The notes under the pieces: generated by a model
Seen by the model: the letters and a program-made list of their open reading frames with translations, nothing else
What the model was told of the DNA's origin: nothing
The model's database searches: none
Shown: positions 1 through 13,471 of the stretch, piece after piece
Layout of the letters: each line of letters begins with the position of its first letter
How positions within the stretch are numbered: position 1 is the first letter of the stretch
Program-made: the position numbers and the translations under genes
Assembly: GCF_036321535.1 (NCBI RefSeq)
Contig: NC_087437.1
Location: 56,856,001-56,920,000, forward strand
DNA from: Camelus dromedarius
Taxonomy: Eukaryota
Length of the DNA: 64,000 nucleotides
Reading direction: 5' to 3'

Positions 1-524
1 AGTTTTTGATTGTTTCGTGGCTATTAACTGGGAATAAAGGGATATTATTACCACAGATAGTTGCTTGGGGACATGGAGAAGAAGGAAAAGAAAAGATTAC
101 AAACTAAGTTTAGTGAATCTTTTACTAAAAAAATAAAAGACAAAAACTGAAAAGAAAGGTGACCAAGTTTTTTATATAAAATATGAATACAAAAAATAAC
201 CGTAAGAATAAAAATAAAAATTTTCCTATAAAAAAGAGAGCAACATAAAATAAGACAGTGAAAAACTATATGTGAAAGAATCATGTATAAATATAACCTT
301 TAAAATATGATGAATTCAAAAAATATTGATCATATCAATAAATGTAAATGTAATTAACACTTATTTTCAAATTGGCTGATAAAGAAAAATTCAACTTTTA
401 TGCATTTAAGTGACACAAGTAAAAACAAAGAGCTTTAGAAAGATTGACAATAAAAGAATGGACTAATTATATAAGAAAAACATATAAATTAAAAATGAAA
501 GAGAGCAACAATATATATCAAAGG

Positions 525-676
525 AAAACGCAGAGAACTACATTCAATATCTTGTAGTAACCTATAATGAAAAAGAATATGAAAATGAGTATGTGTATAT
601 AGGTATGACTGAAATATTATGCTGTACACCAGGAATTGACACAACATTGTAAACTGACTATACTTCAATAAAAAAG
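525..676 (+). mobile_element. Short L1 3'-end fragment
   Basis: gaactacattcaatatcttgtagtaacctataatgaaaaagaatatg...aacattgtaaactgactatacttcaataaaaaa; same family as the fragments at 15.5, 49.8, 52.6 and 56.0 kb. Confidence 0.8.
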
Positions 677-1126
677 AGAGAAATGATAGAATTAGTAGAT
701 GAGGTAGAAATTCCTCTTTAAAGAATTATTTCAGCTAGTAAATGAAGAAGGAATGATAGTATTAGAATGTCTATTTGGCAATCTCTAATGAAATGATGGC
801 TCTAGACAGTGATCATCAATTTCTGCTGGCATCACAAGAAGAAAAATAGCAAGTCATTACATGCCCCCTGATGGAAGAACTCAATACTACCTATAAAACA
901 GAACTGCAAAAAAAAAAAAAAAAAAAGTCCAAGAAGAGATGGAGGGGGAAGGGGATCCAAGAGATTAAATAGGTTTAAGGGATTTATTAACCAATCATAC
1001 TTTGGGGGGGAGGTCCTAGTTCAAACAATGATATGTTTTAAAATTAACATATATGAGGCAATGGTGAACTGTGGCTACTTGATGATTTTAAGTAATGATT
1101 GTTTACTTTTAAATATGTTTACTTTT

Positions 1127-1603
1127 TGAAGTAGGTCAGGCAGAGAAAGACAAATACTACATATCATTATATGTGGAATCAAAAAAAATATAAATGGGTA
1201 TAGCTCAAGTGGTAGAGCGCAAACTTAGCATTCACAAGGTCCTGGGTTTGAGCCCCTGTACCTCCTCTAAAAATAAACACATAAATTACCTCCCCACTCC
1301 AAAAAAAATACAAACAACTTTAAAAACAAAAATTTTTTTTTAAAATACAACTGAGCTTATTTACAAAACAGAAACAGACTCACAGACATAGAAAACAAAG
1401 TTATAGTTACCAAGGTGGGTGGAGGGATAAATTAGGAGTATGGAATTAATAGATACTCACTTCTATGTATAAAATAGATAAACAACAAGGATTTACTGTA
1501 CAGCACATGGAACTATATTCAATATCTTGTAATAATGGAAAAGAATGTGAAGCTGTACACCTAAAACTAACACAATATTAAAAATCAACTATACTTAGTA
1601 AAT
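1127..1603 (+). mobile_element. 5'-truncated L1 3' end with 16-bp TSD
   Basis: Typical laurasiatherian L1 3'UTR (cagagaaagacaaatac...acagcacatggaactatattcaatatcttgtaataa). TSD aaatatgtttactttt (1111-1126) / aaatatgtttaatttt (1604-1619), at a TTTT/AA site. Confidence 0.85.
1196..1330 (+). mobile_element. tRNA-derived SINE (camelid Vic-1-like), nested in an L1 3' end
   Basis: A box tagctcaagtgg, B-box-like gggtttgagccc and an A-rich tail. Degenerate TSD aaaatataaatg / aaaatacaactg. Confidence 0.85.
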
Positions 1604-2210
1604 AAATATGTTTAATTTTAAATTATTATTTAATTTTAAAATACTGTTTACTGTTAAATATGATCACCAGAAATTAATGATCATTGTCTAGAGCCATCAT
1701 TTCATTAGGGTTTACAAAATAGAGATATTCTATCATTCTTTCTTCATTTATTAGCTTAGAATAATTCTATAAAGGGGAATTTCTACCTCATCCACTCATT
1801 CTGTGGATGAGTTACATTAAAGTTAGATTTATTGTCATTTAAATATTTAGTTGAAGGTATTTTTCTAGGATTTGCTTCAAAATAACGCAGGAGTGGGAGT
1901 GGAATAAATTAAGCAAGACCTGCCATAATCAGTAATTGTTAATTTAGAATGATGCACACGTAAGAGTCAGTTATTCTATCCTATTTTGGTCCGTGTCTGA
2001 AATGCTTCATAACAAATTAAAGAAATAAAATTAAACAGTGAGATAAACCACAAAGCAGATCTGGCAGAAGAGTAAATACATTTATCATATGATAACACTG
2101 AGAAAATGACTCAGAATATATCACAAAAATATGGATAATAGAATGGGAAATTATAACATACAATTTAATCTAATTAGAGTTTAGTGGGGAGAAAAAGAAC
2201 AGAATCACTA

Positions 2211-2312
2211 TTTTTTTAATTATGCAGATTTTTTAGTGAAGGTACTGGGGGTTGAACCCAGGACCTTGTGCATACTAAGGACCCACTGTTCCACTGAGCT
2301 ATACCCACCCCC
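2211..2312 (-). mobile_element. tRNA-derived SINE, same family
   Basis: The reverse complement reads ggggtgggtatagctcagtggaacag...gtcctgggttcaacccccagtacc plus an A-rich tail. Confidence 0.85.
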
Positions 2313-3873
2313 AGGCATTTTTTCAATAATGTTCCAGAATTGATGAAAAAAGTTGATTTGTCAAATTCAGCAATAACAACATTTTTGGCCCGAATAACTA
2401 GTACCATGTTTGAAAAGTTAATTGGGTAAGAACAATTATTCTGTTAAAAGGCAGTCATGTAAGTGATGGCTTAGAGGCTCAAATATTCAGGGCATGTTCT
2501 TGGGAGGACTAAATAGCATGATGTGGGCTCAGTATCAGGTGAAGCAGGACAAGAAGTGAAATTGGGAAGGACAGTTGGGACCACACAGGGATGCTGTATT
2601 CAGCGATCATTCAGGTTGTCACCTCTGGACTATGCAGTACAAAACCTCTATAACCCTAGTCAGTGTCTCTGGAACCAAACTGTGATGGTCCCATCCAGTG
2701 TCGTATAAAGAAAGAAAGAATTTAAGTAGAGTAATTGATGATCTTCAGAGGTCAAAAAGTATCAGTTTTCTTTTCCCTTTTTCTCTCTTTTCCTTTACCT
2801 TCAACTATTTTCAGAAGGTTGGAAGTATTAAAGAGAGCTTATTTTTTTATTTTTACTTTGCATAGATGTTTGCCCAGGGGCTTGAAAAATTGAGGATTTC
2901 CCCTAATCTATACTCTATATTTTGCTTCATGAGTGCCATTAGATCAGAACACAGAGACTGCTCCTTTGTACTCTATGGCTTTATGAGAGAGGTGACCTTC
3001 AATGTCAGGATTGTTTTATTTAGAATTTATTTAGAGTGACATATACAAATTAATAATTTTCTTTTTACTTACAATTTATGTACAAGTTTTTTATATTTTT
3101 ATTTTCCATAGTTGATGTTTTACTCCTTCAAACTAGATTCCAAGGATACTTCCTATGAAATTTTTCTTCAGGATTCACTTTTTATTACAATTCTTGTTCT
3201 TGGTCTTAAAGTAAATATTAAATTTGTATATTAAAGAGTTGGAAAACAATGGGAGGTAAGTAATAGCTACTGCATAATGGATTTCTATACACGTTCTTGA
3301 GTTTTAACTGAAAAATAATTTTAGATTTCTTTCAAAGTATAATGCTAACTCAAACAAAATTAAATGTTAAATTTTTCTATTGTCTGTTACAAAGATTATT
3401 TGAGCATCATTTAAATATATGTAATAAAGTCACAGGATTAAAATGAATGTTTTTGCATATTTTGTAGCAAGAATATACAGTTTAGAGTTTTGCAACTATT
3501 TTATAAAAAAAAGGTTCATAAAAATTATAATAATTTTGCTTAGGAGAGCTGTACATAAAGTTATTTGCTGTTCTTTGATTACATTACATGAGATAATAGC
3601 TTTGGTCCTTTAGTCCAGATAGCTTTATTTCTTCCTTACTTGTTTTTGAATTCTTCACAAGGCTGGGAATTATCTTGTTACCTTACTAGCATGAATGTAT
3701 ACAAAACACTTTCTTTGTTGCGTATAAACAACTGTGCTGTTCAAGTATATGTCATCAATTTTTCTGCTTCTCAGACATGCATTTTCTATTTTCTTATACT
3801 CACCAAGACAAGATTATAGATCTGAGATTCATTTTCTACACTGTAGCTCAAAGATCTCACCCATCTCTTAATC

Positions 3874-4369
3874 CAGGAATTCATAAGCTTTATTTGTGTC
3901 ATGGGCCACTTTGGCACTTTGGTGAAACCCATGAACCCCTTCTCAGAATGTTGTTTTTAAATGAACAAAAGTCGTAAATTTAAAGGTTACCAATATATAG
4001 AAACAGAATTATCAAAAGACTTAAAAAAATCACTTTGTAATACGACAACATATATGCTTCTTTATTTAGGCATAAAATAAGATCTGAGATGTTTCTAAAA
4101 AAGAATGATAATTTCAAATAATGCGGAACATAAAAACAATTTCAAAGTATCCATAATGACAAAAATGTGATCTGAATGTATCTGTGATTTCTAATTGTGG
4201 CATGGGTCTACTTACTGCCAATACTATTGTGACTTGTTTTCTGCATTCATAACTGAAGAAAATGCTATATTTCAATAGAGGATAATGAAACTGAAGATGT
4301 AACATTTCCCATCCATGTTTATGGATCTCTGAATTACATTGGGACATGGTCCTGGGTTTTAAAACTCTG
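3874..4369. mobile_element. Non-autonomous hAT-Charlie element (MER119-like)
   Basis: Degenerate CAG...CTG termini and internal tggtgaaacccatgaaccccttctcagaatgttgtttttaaatg resembling the recalled consensus. Confidence 0.6.
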
Positions 4370-5049
4370 TCTCAACCATAAGAAATGAATTGTTTTAGTT
4401 TAACATACTATAAAGTTTTCAGAAAAGAAAAATTTTAAACTCTGCTTTTAAAAAGGTCTATAAGACATGGAAATATAAGAATGAAAGAACAGCTAGGGGA
4501 AAAATAAAAAAAGAAAAGAAATATTTAAAAAGTTAAACAGGGAAAAGTCAATATCAGATCATATTGAAATGAAGCAGACAGCCATCTATTGTTTCCCATT
4601 TTAAATTATATTCAACATTTTTTTCATCTAAACATGACCCTAGCTTCATTTTCAATTGGATGTGAGAATTACTTTAACTCTCAACACAAAGTTAGCTCAA
4701 TCATTCTTTGAAATCCAAAATATTTTCTTCATTCAGTTCACTTGCTGAAAGCCTGAAGTTTGTGAACATTCAGTTTATGCAAATAAAAAGAAGCAGCTGT
4801 GACAATATTCCTGGCAAAATATTATCTACTCTTTGAAAAAACCTTTTAATTAGAAAATGTTGATGATTTGCGTGGAATTCTTCTAAAGGATGGTTTCCCT
4901 CACTTCACACAATACTGAAAATGCCTTGTAAAACATTAACAATAGTATAATACTTTATATTTGAATTTAATTGCTAGAAACATTTTCACAACTCCTATTG
5001 TTTTAATTCTCCCATTAATATCTTGAGGTCAGCAAAACAGTAATACTAT

Positions 5050-5461
5050 TGTGTCAGTCTGGGTTCCTGCAGGAAACAGGTAGCATATTTGAAACAGGAG
5101 AATACAAGGATGGTTAGACACAGCAAGGCTATTTTCAAAAGGCTGAGTAGAGACAAATCACAATGGATGGAGCAGCAACCCAGGACTCTGGCCTGAAGAG
5201 TCAGATGCCTTGGAGAAGCCCTGACCTTTGGTTAAGAGGAAGTGATCTTGCAAGGAAGGAGTGAGGGGAAAATTATTCTGATTTTCACTTCCTCTCTCCT
5301 TCCGGTCTCTCCTGCCAAAGCTGCTCACTGCCTGCCCCAAACCAAAGACAGGGAGCACAGGAACTTCTCTGGGATTCAGACAGGTTAGTTTTCTGGACTG
5401 AAAGTAGAATGAGAAAGGGCAAAGAATATATCTGGTGAGCAGACAGAAGATACTCAGCACA
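5050..5461. mobile_element. Old MaLR (MLT1-type) LTR
   Basis: Starts tgtgtcagtctgggttcctgcaggaaacag and ends tactcagcaca; a similar element lies near 59130-59980. Confidence 0.55.
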
Positions 5462-7759
5462 GTTACACACATTCTACAGAATCAGGTCAATAAACACTTG
5501 TATCCATATCATTGTTGTTATAACTACTTAATTGAAAGAGGAGGACTCCATAGGACATAATCAGAAAAGCAGTTTTATCTCCCACCCACATGCATTCAAA
5601 CACATTCAGTGCTAGCTGTTTCCTATCTCTTGGGTAAAAACAAAGGCAGGTACTATGGCTCTGCAGGTCACATTGAAATAACAAATATCTGGCCCCTCAT
5701 TTTTATTAGAAAAATAACTATATTTAAGTAATTAAAATAACCATTCATAGTCCTAGACTAAACTCTGAATATTATAAAAGTTTCTCCTTTTCAAGCTGGA
5801 AAGCTGCAGTGGAAAGCGGTTTGCGGTCAGGTTCTCCTCACCCCTTCCCAGCCGCAGTAAGCTGCCTTCTGTCTCCCCAGGCACTGGGGATGGAGGTGCA
5901 GAGAGGTAAAGAAAAGTCGTGCATGACTGATACCACCATGACCTGATTTGTATGCTCTCTGGCCTCAGGAAATGCTCAAAGCTGACAACTTACCATGGGC
6001 TGTTTTTGTGGGGTCATTGTATAACCCCCGCTGAGAACACTGACATAAATACCCTTGCCTCCAGCAATGCTTCTCTTCATGCAGGTCAGTGTTCCTCCTC
6101 ATTGTCACCCTACCCTCTCAGCTTCTTCATCTGACACCACCACCAGCATCCTGCTGAGGTCACCTCACCCATAACCCCAGGCAGGCAGCCCTTCGGGGAA
6201 GCTGCCTTTTATGGTTAACCTAGACCAGCTCTACCCACATGCTTGCTCTTTATCTGCTCCCCAGAAAACCCACATCCTTGACTCTGGTCACTGAAAGGAA
6301 AGTTGTTCTTGTGAAACCCATCTCCTCACTCTGTGCTTTAGATTTCACAGTCTGTTCTATGGGGTCTACCCGGCTTCAGTGGGTATATGTCAAGCTTTTC
6401 TTGAAACTCTTTCTCTATCAAAAGAAGAGGGAAACTGTCACTGTTCTTCAATAACTTGCTCCAGAGAAATCCTCCTTCTGTAGCTATTCAATATCATTTT
6501 TTAGTGGATTAAAGTTGGGAAAAACGATTTGTAGCAAACTCCTTTACAAATACTGCAGAAGTCTAGCACCTCACTTTGGAATCCAAGAGGAAAGACTACT
6601 CTCTCTCTTTTTTTTTTCTTTTTGCCCCTCAGCTTTTCTGGGCCACAGCCAAAAGCTGAGATAGAAAGAACCCCATTTTAACATTCTGGTACAATTTTTT
6701 TAATCCCTATAATGCCCTAAGAAAATATTATCCTCATTTTATTGGTATACTTTCACAGATATAAAATAATAACCCTGAGATAACCTAGCTTGAACACCAA
6801 CGACTGTCCACTTAAATAAGCTGCTTATGTAAAGAAATTAAAGTTATGTGTGAATAAGGCACTTGTCCAAGGTCAGTAACAGTGAGATTCACTTAGAATG
6901 CATGCATTAAAGAAATCATTTTGGAAAAACTATACAAATGATATATGTGTTTCTATCCGAAGCCAGACATAAAAGTTCAGGCTAAAGTTGAGAATAACAA
7001 TTCCAGCTTTAATTTGTCAGATACAATTGCCCTTCTCGATGACAGGGCCAAAGATTAAAGGTTAAAAATCCTAGCACTTCACCTCTCTAATTCATCAGGA
7101 AGCCATGCCCCAGACCAAGGCCATCCTAGGTATCTCACGATTGCTATTTCTTTTCCAGTTCTTAATTGTTAACTCCCAAAGGAAGAAGTTCAAAAATGGG
7201 TTTCATTTCAGAGTGGAAACCACAGAACAAGGATTCAGAGTGTGGTGCCCTATTTCCATGTTTTCTTCCTCATATTTGAAAAGCCTGGCTGTGCTCTAGG
7301 AAATGCCTTGAGCATTGATCTCGGGCCATTTCTCCCAATAACTACTCTCTACTGCTTGCCTCTTTCCACCCCATCTCAACTTCACAGAAAGACACAGTTG
7401 CTTTACTTTTTCCCCTCTACCCTAACTCGTATATGAAGGTTTAAAACTTTCTCCCAAAAGGGGTAATACTTGATTCTCTATATGGACTTTGAAATGTACA
7501 TTACACACTCCCCCAAAAAAGAAAATTCTAGAAGACATTTTTTGTGTAAATTCATTTGCTGGATAGAACTTTCAAGTGTCATTAGACTCTCAAAGAGGTT
7601 CATGAGCCAAGCAAATGAAAATCCTTTCTGCCTAATCCAACAACCCTGCAGTAGTTTCCAAATCAAGCATGCCTGGGTACTTTACAGTAAATCCTTTCAA
7701 TCTCATTATTTGATTCCAGTGCTCCTGGTTTATTTCTGAATGCCTGTGATATCACTTAA

Positions 7760-9160
7760 AAAAACAACAAATCCAAAAAATTACAGATCTTTATGGAGAA
7801 AATTATAAAAAAAATAAGAAAACATTAAAGATAACTTAATAACTGATCTTGGATGGCAGGGTTCAGTATTATAAAGATTTCAATTTTCTCCAAATTTATT
7901 TATACCTTAACTTCAATACAATTCCAGGTAAAATTGTGAAAGGATTTTCCATGAAACTTGACAAGCTGAATCTAAAATTTATGAATAATTAGCTACAGAT
8001 ATAGAGAAAAATGGAAGAAAGGAACATGACCACTATGTCACCCCATAAATAAAAAATAACTTCAAAAGGATTAAAAATGTAAATGTGAAAGGCAAAACTT
8101 CAAAAAGATTTTAGGACAACATGAAAGAATATTTTTATAACATTATAGAGATGATTTAATAAACAAAAAGTAAAAATGTTGATAAATTTTAAGACAACAT
8201 TAAAGATTTTCATAAAAGACACAATAAAAAAGATTAACCATAAATGGGAAAATATATTTGCTTATAACTGACAAAGTCTAATACTCAGAGTATAAGAAAC
8301 ACTCCTACAAATCAACATTTAAAAGAAAAACAAACCAATAGAAAAACAGACAACAGACTTAAACAGGTACTTCCAAAAGCAGAAACCTAAGTGGCCAATA
8401 ATCGAAGGAAAAGATGTGCAACTTCATTAGTATTTGTAGAGAGCAAACTAAGACCACAATGAGATACAATAACAAATGCATTAGTCTGGCAAAATTAAAG
8501 GCCCACAATGCACAAGTTAGCATAGATTTGAAACAATAAGAACTGTCACACACTGCTCTGGATGTGTAAATGGATATAACAACTTTGGAAAAGAGTCTGG
8601 CACTAGGTAATAAAATGAATTATAGGCAGAGTGAGCAACTTACTTCTAAAAGTATACCAGAGAGGAATCCTTAAACGTGCATTACAGACATGTGTAAGAA
8701 ATGTTTTAGCTGAACAGTACGTAAGAATAATAACAAAAAGGAAATGCCTCAAATTCCCTTTCACAGTAAAACACAGTAATGAGCTATTGTATGTTCACAC
8801 AGTGAATTACTTTACAACATAAATAAAATAAAAGAACTGCATCTACACATGTCAACATGGACAAATCTCAAAACACATAATATTTGCTGAAAAAAAGTCA
8901 AAGAATTCACACATAACTTCTTCCAAATAAAATTCTAGGATCATCTAAACTAACCAAGAATACATAAGGATTATAAAGAAAAACCAAGGGAGCTATTGGA
9001 TCAAAATTCATCTTACAGATTACATCTGGGACTAAGCCATGAGAGGGAGTCAATTTGGGAGGAGGAACACTGAGGACTTCTAAAGCACTGGTGATACTTT
9101 ATTTCTTAACTTGGTGCTACCAATAGGGATGTTCATTTTATTTTTTCAACTGCACACAGA
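7760..9160 (+). mobile_element. Ancient L1 (L1M/ME-type) ORF2 3' part and 3'UTR, decayed
   Basis: A-rich with L1 ORF2-like motifs (aacttgacaagctgaatctaaaattt; tggatataacaactttggaaaagagtctggca); no intact ORF. Confidence 0.75.
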
Positions 9161-10410
9161 TAAATTTATAGACTCTTGTCTGTGTGAGGTGATTCTATAC
9201 AAAAAGTTTAAATCCAAGTTTTCTGATAGTTTTTTAGAATGTCAAACACCTTTAGAAACTGAATTATCCAAGAATATAAATTTGAAAGAAAATCTTATTT
9301 GGCTCAAGAAGTCTATATTTTAGCGTGAAGTTCAAAGTTATATTTACAATCATCCATCTTCCTTATATTACTTTGATAGACATTCTGTATCCTTAAACTA
9401 CTTTCAGAATGTTGTAGAAAGGAAAAGGTGGATTGTTTTAAATGGATACATTATGTAAGCCGTGTTATACCGTTATTTTGTCACAAGAGGGACTAGATAG
9501 TCAGAAAGTACAGTTTTCCCTCTTGGTCTTAAGAGTATTTTTCTATGTTAACATTTATGTTTTACATACTGTGTCAGGGTATGTGTTGTAGAATATATTA
9601 CTGTTACATACGTTTCGTATCAGCAAGAACTGTTAAATACTGTTTTGCCATTTGGCTTCTGAATAGATGGAAACTATATAAAAACTATTTAACTTACTGA
9701 GCTATTGTTGTTTTTTGATAAGTAGGAGAAATAAATAGAATCAAAGTCAACCATCTCCTGGTTTCTAATACTTTTTTTTATCAAATCTGGGGGAAAAAAA
9801 GGAAAGGAAAGAACAGGGAATCAGGGAAGAAGGAAGAAAAAAGAAGGGGTTAGTTTTGTTTTTCACCATACCACAGCTCCCTCTCATTTACTTGAGCAGG
9901 AAAAGTAGATTAATTGTAGTAATGAAAAAAATGTTATTTTCATTTATTTTACAGTCACTTTTGAAAAAAATACATTGGTAGTATGGACCAATAAATATTC
10001 TGTTCTAATTTATAATGATGTATGGGACTATCACCCTCCTCTTTAAAAAAGTGAAAGGATTATTTTTTGTGGCGCCCTCCATTCTGCAGATGCTTTGGGA
10101 GGTCAGCTCACATATGGGGCACGACTTTTTTCCCAGCTACCAAGTCCTTCCTCTTCTCACCAGTCCTTTAAACATCTGGAAGGGCTGGTTTCTCACTTCC
10201 TCTTCCTGTTTGTCTGGGACTTTCCTTGAGCACTATTCTCCATCCTCAGGCAGCTTCCACCTTACCCCTTCCCTAGACTTATAATGGGAGTAGTCCGTGA
10301 AGGAATTTAAGGTTTCAAGGAATAAAAATATCATCAGTTTAATTTGGGGGGGGGGGGTTATTAGCTACATTACACTTAAACATCAGCCCTAAATCATACA
10401 AATATATATA

Positions 10411-11086
10411 TGTATTTTTTTATTGCTATGGTAATAAATTATCACAAACTTCTGGACTGACAACAACACAAACTGATTATCTTACAGTTGTGTAGGTCAG
10501 AAGTCCAGTATATCCTCACCGGTCACCACGTATCATTCTGGCCAACACTGACATGACTGATTGCCAACCAGTGGGTGGCCCCTAAGGCTCCTCTGTGTGC
10601 TGCTCTGGGCTCTCTCTTTCAGCTGGTCTACCAGCAAGGCACAGAGGAAGTCAGGGGGTTGGTGGGCTGTGCCCCTTCTTGGAGGCTCTAGGAGAGAATT
10701 TATTTCCTGCTCATTTAAGTTGTTGGCAGAATTCCATTCCTTTTGGTTATAGGACAGAGGTCCTCATTTTCTTTTGAGAACAACCAGAGGCCACAGCGTT
10801 CCTTGGTTTGTGGCTCTTTCCTGCACCTTCCAGACCAGCAACCTGGTGGGTTAAGTTCTCAGACTGCAGCTCTCTGACCCACTCTTCTTCAGTCGTCCTC
10901 CACTTCTAAGGACTAGGCAGGGCCTTCCAGATAATCTTGGATAATCTTCTCATCTCAAGGTTTGTATTAATCCCATCTGCAAAGTCCCTTTTGCTAAGCA
11001 AGGTGACATATTTACAGATTCTGTGGATTGTGACACAGACATCCTTTACAGCAGCAGAGGTGGGGGGGACCATTACTGTGACCACA
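10411..11086 (-). mobile_element. MaLR MLT1-type solo LTR
   Basis: tgtatt...attgct...acaacacaaactgattatcttacagttgtgtaggtcagaagtcc...atcccatctgcaaagtcccttttgc...accaca. Confidence 0.75.
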
Positions 11087-13386
11087 GGAAAACAACTGCT
11101 TAAGTAAAGAGTCTATAAATTTACTTATGTGAATAAAAATAATTTAAAAATATAAAGAAGACATTTTTTCAACAGTCGTTATTTATAATTACATCAGAAG
11201 ACCTAAAGCACAATTCATGTGCATGGTTTCCTATTTCTCTTGACAATTAATTTTGGGCTAATTTTACAGATATTTCCCAGTTGATTATCAAATTGAAAAA
11301 TATGTAGTTAATTTATCATGAAATCCAGAAGTGCAAACAATAGGCACCACTTAAGAGGGTGTGTTTTTCAGAAATTTGAAGAGTAGAATATGGATAGGTT
11401 AAGGATAGGTACTAAGTATTTTTTCCCCAAATTTTCCCCTGTTAATCAAACTGCTGTCTAAGAGACAGTCTTATAAGATCATGTATACAATGCTATCTGC
11501 ACTGACTAGCAAAACTAAGGGCCAACCTAGAAAGGAAGACCGATGTGAATCAGCAGAAAAGAAGGCTACATTATATTAAAAAAAAATAATATGACTCTAT
11601 TTCTATAATATCACTTGAGGGTAAGCTCCCCATCAGGTTCAATGCCTATTTTTTATCATCCTTCTATACACAGCACTAAGTACAGTACTTAGCATATTGA
11701 AAGCATTAGATAAATATTAATTGGCTTCAAATTAATTGTTTTAATTAGAATTAAACAACATTTACAAAACTTTCTATATGCAAGATACAGTAATAAAAAC
11801 CTCTCATTTTCATTGTTCTTTATTCTTTTCAGAGTTTTTAAAATAAATTATTTACCTAATAGTGATATGAGAAAAATTGAAAAATTTTGCCTTAAGTTAA
11901 AAACCTGGCATCAAGAAAAATGAGAGGATTTTTCCTTCTACTATTTTTATAAAATCATTGCCAATATTACAGTACTTACTTACAGGTTTTTGAAAGCAAA
12001 GACTATTTCTGACGTATTGATCCCAAGATGACCACAAAAGGAAATTTATACATAGTAGCTACATAGTAAATGATACTATAAAAAAATCATAGATATTGTA
12101 GTTTTCATTCATTTTTAGTGTTTAAATCATGTAGTATATATTGACAATATAAAACAAGTAAGTAGAAAAAACTAAAGAAGCTGCTGAAAATGTTCTGAAA
12201 CAAACCTTGTTTAACTATTTAAGCTGTTGAATATTGACTAAGGTTGTCTTATAAGGTGATTAGCCCTTCGTCACTGAGATTTTCAAGTGATGAGCTGGTC
12301 AAAAATTGAAGCAGAAATTCTAATATTTGGTGGGAGAATAACCTTTAAGACTCTTTCCTATTCCAGAAGTATTTAACTGCTGGTAGTGTTCTGTGCTTGA
12401 TTTTGGGTCCTTATTGTGCTTGTAATCTGTACATATATAATAATATTCAGTTATAAAATATTTATCCTCTTTTTGCATGTATATTATACCAATAAATAGC
12501 CTAACAAATCTGTAAGTCAACTGCCATCAGCTGTGAGACAAGTCACTAACACAGGCTTTTTAGCTTCTCTCAGTTTCTATCTTTACTAAGACGACTGATA
12601 ACTTCTTTTAATTCCAAGGTCAGTGAACATTATGCACTCAAAGTTCTGGGACCTTTCCTGCTAAATTTCTTAGCACCAAGTGATGACAACCACAAATCAA
12701 GATAAAATGTTTCTTTTGAAAGAAATAATTTATGGAATATACAAAGCGTAAGGCCTCCTGAAGGAATTTTTTAAACTTTATTTTAATAATGAAATATTTT
12801 TTCCCAAGCAATATTTGACGCAGAGCGTGTATAACAAACGTAGACCATCACAGACAGACGAAGCTCCTCTGGGTAAAATCTGAGCGAAGACGCGAGAGGC
12901 CCACTTAGTCCACACTCAGTCTTGGCATCAGTGCTTCCCTCCCCCACCACCGCCCTTCCAAAGAAGAACCATTCTGAGAAAGGGGTTGGGAAAACCATTG
13001 ACCTAGTGTAACCTTCCTCAGTTAACAGAGGAATACACCAAAATCTTAAAAAGGGAAAAGGACTTACCCAAACGAAACACTCAGCAAGTTGGTATGCCGG
13101 TAAGACCTGGCTTTTCACCTGGGCGACTTGATTTTGGATAAGTTATTTAATTTCTCTAAGCTTTGGTATCCTTAGAAGTAAAACAGAGGTAGTCAGACCT
13201 ACTTCAACAGACGCTGAAAAGATACGAGCTAGTGTCTGACACAGAGCGGGTGCCAATGAATGAAAGCTCTCACGGTTATTTCAACCCCGGTAGAAAGCCG
13301 CTAGATCTGTATGAATTAAAAGTGTGAAAGTGACGATTGATGACTTGGAATTTAGCTTAAAAATGTTATTTTTGGTTCGTTTTTAG

Positions 13387-13471
13387 GAAAGTAGTAGATA
13401 ATCCAAAAAGGCGATTTGGTATCCCCGTGGATCGGATTGGCAGAAACCGACTTTCAAATTCCAGAGGCTAA
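13387..13471 (+). CDS. OSTN: Osteocrin (musclin), last coding exon: (R)[27 protein letters not shown]
   Basis: Acceptor tttttag|G at 13386/13387. The translation matches the recalled osteocrin C-terminus (human [27 protein letters not shown]). TAA at 13469-13471, donor |gtgagt at 13484. Synteny with UTS2B and CCDC50 agrees. Earlier exons lie upstream of the window. Confidence 0.96.

Noticed and set aside
1196..1270. tRNA gene (also 2240-2312)
   Set aside because: It has A/B boxes but a degenerate cloverleaf, an A-rich tail and a TSD, so it is a SINE rather than a functional tRNA.
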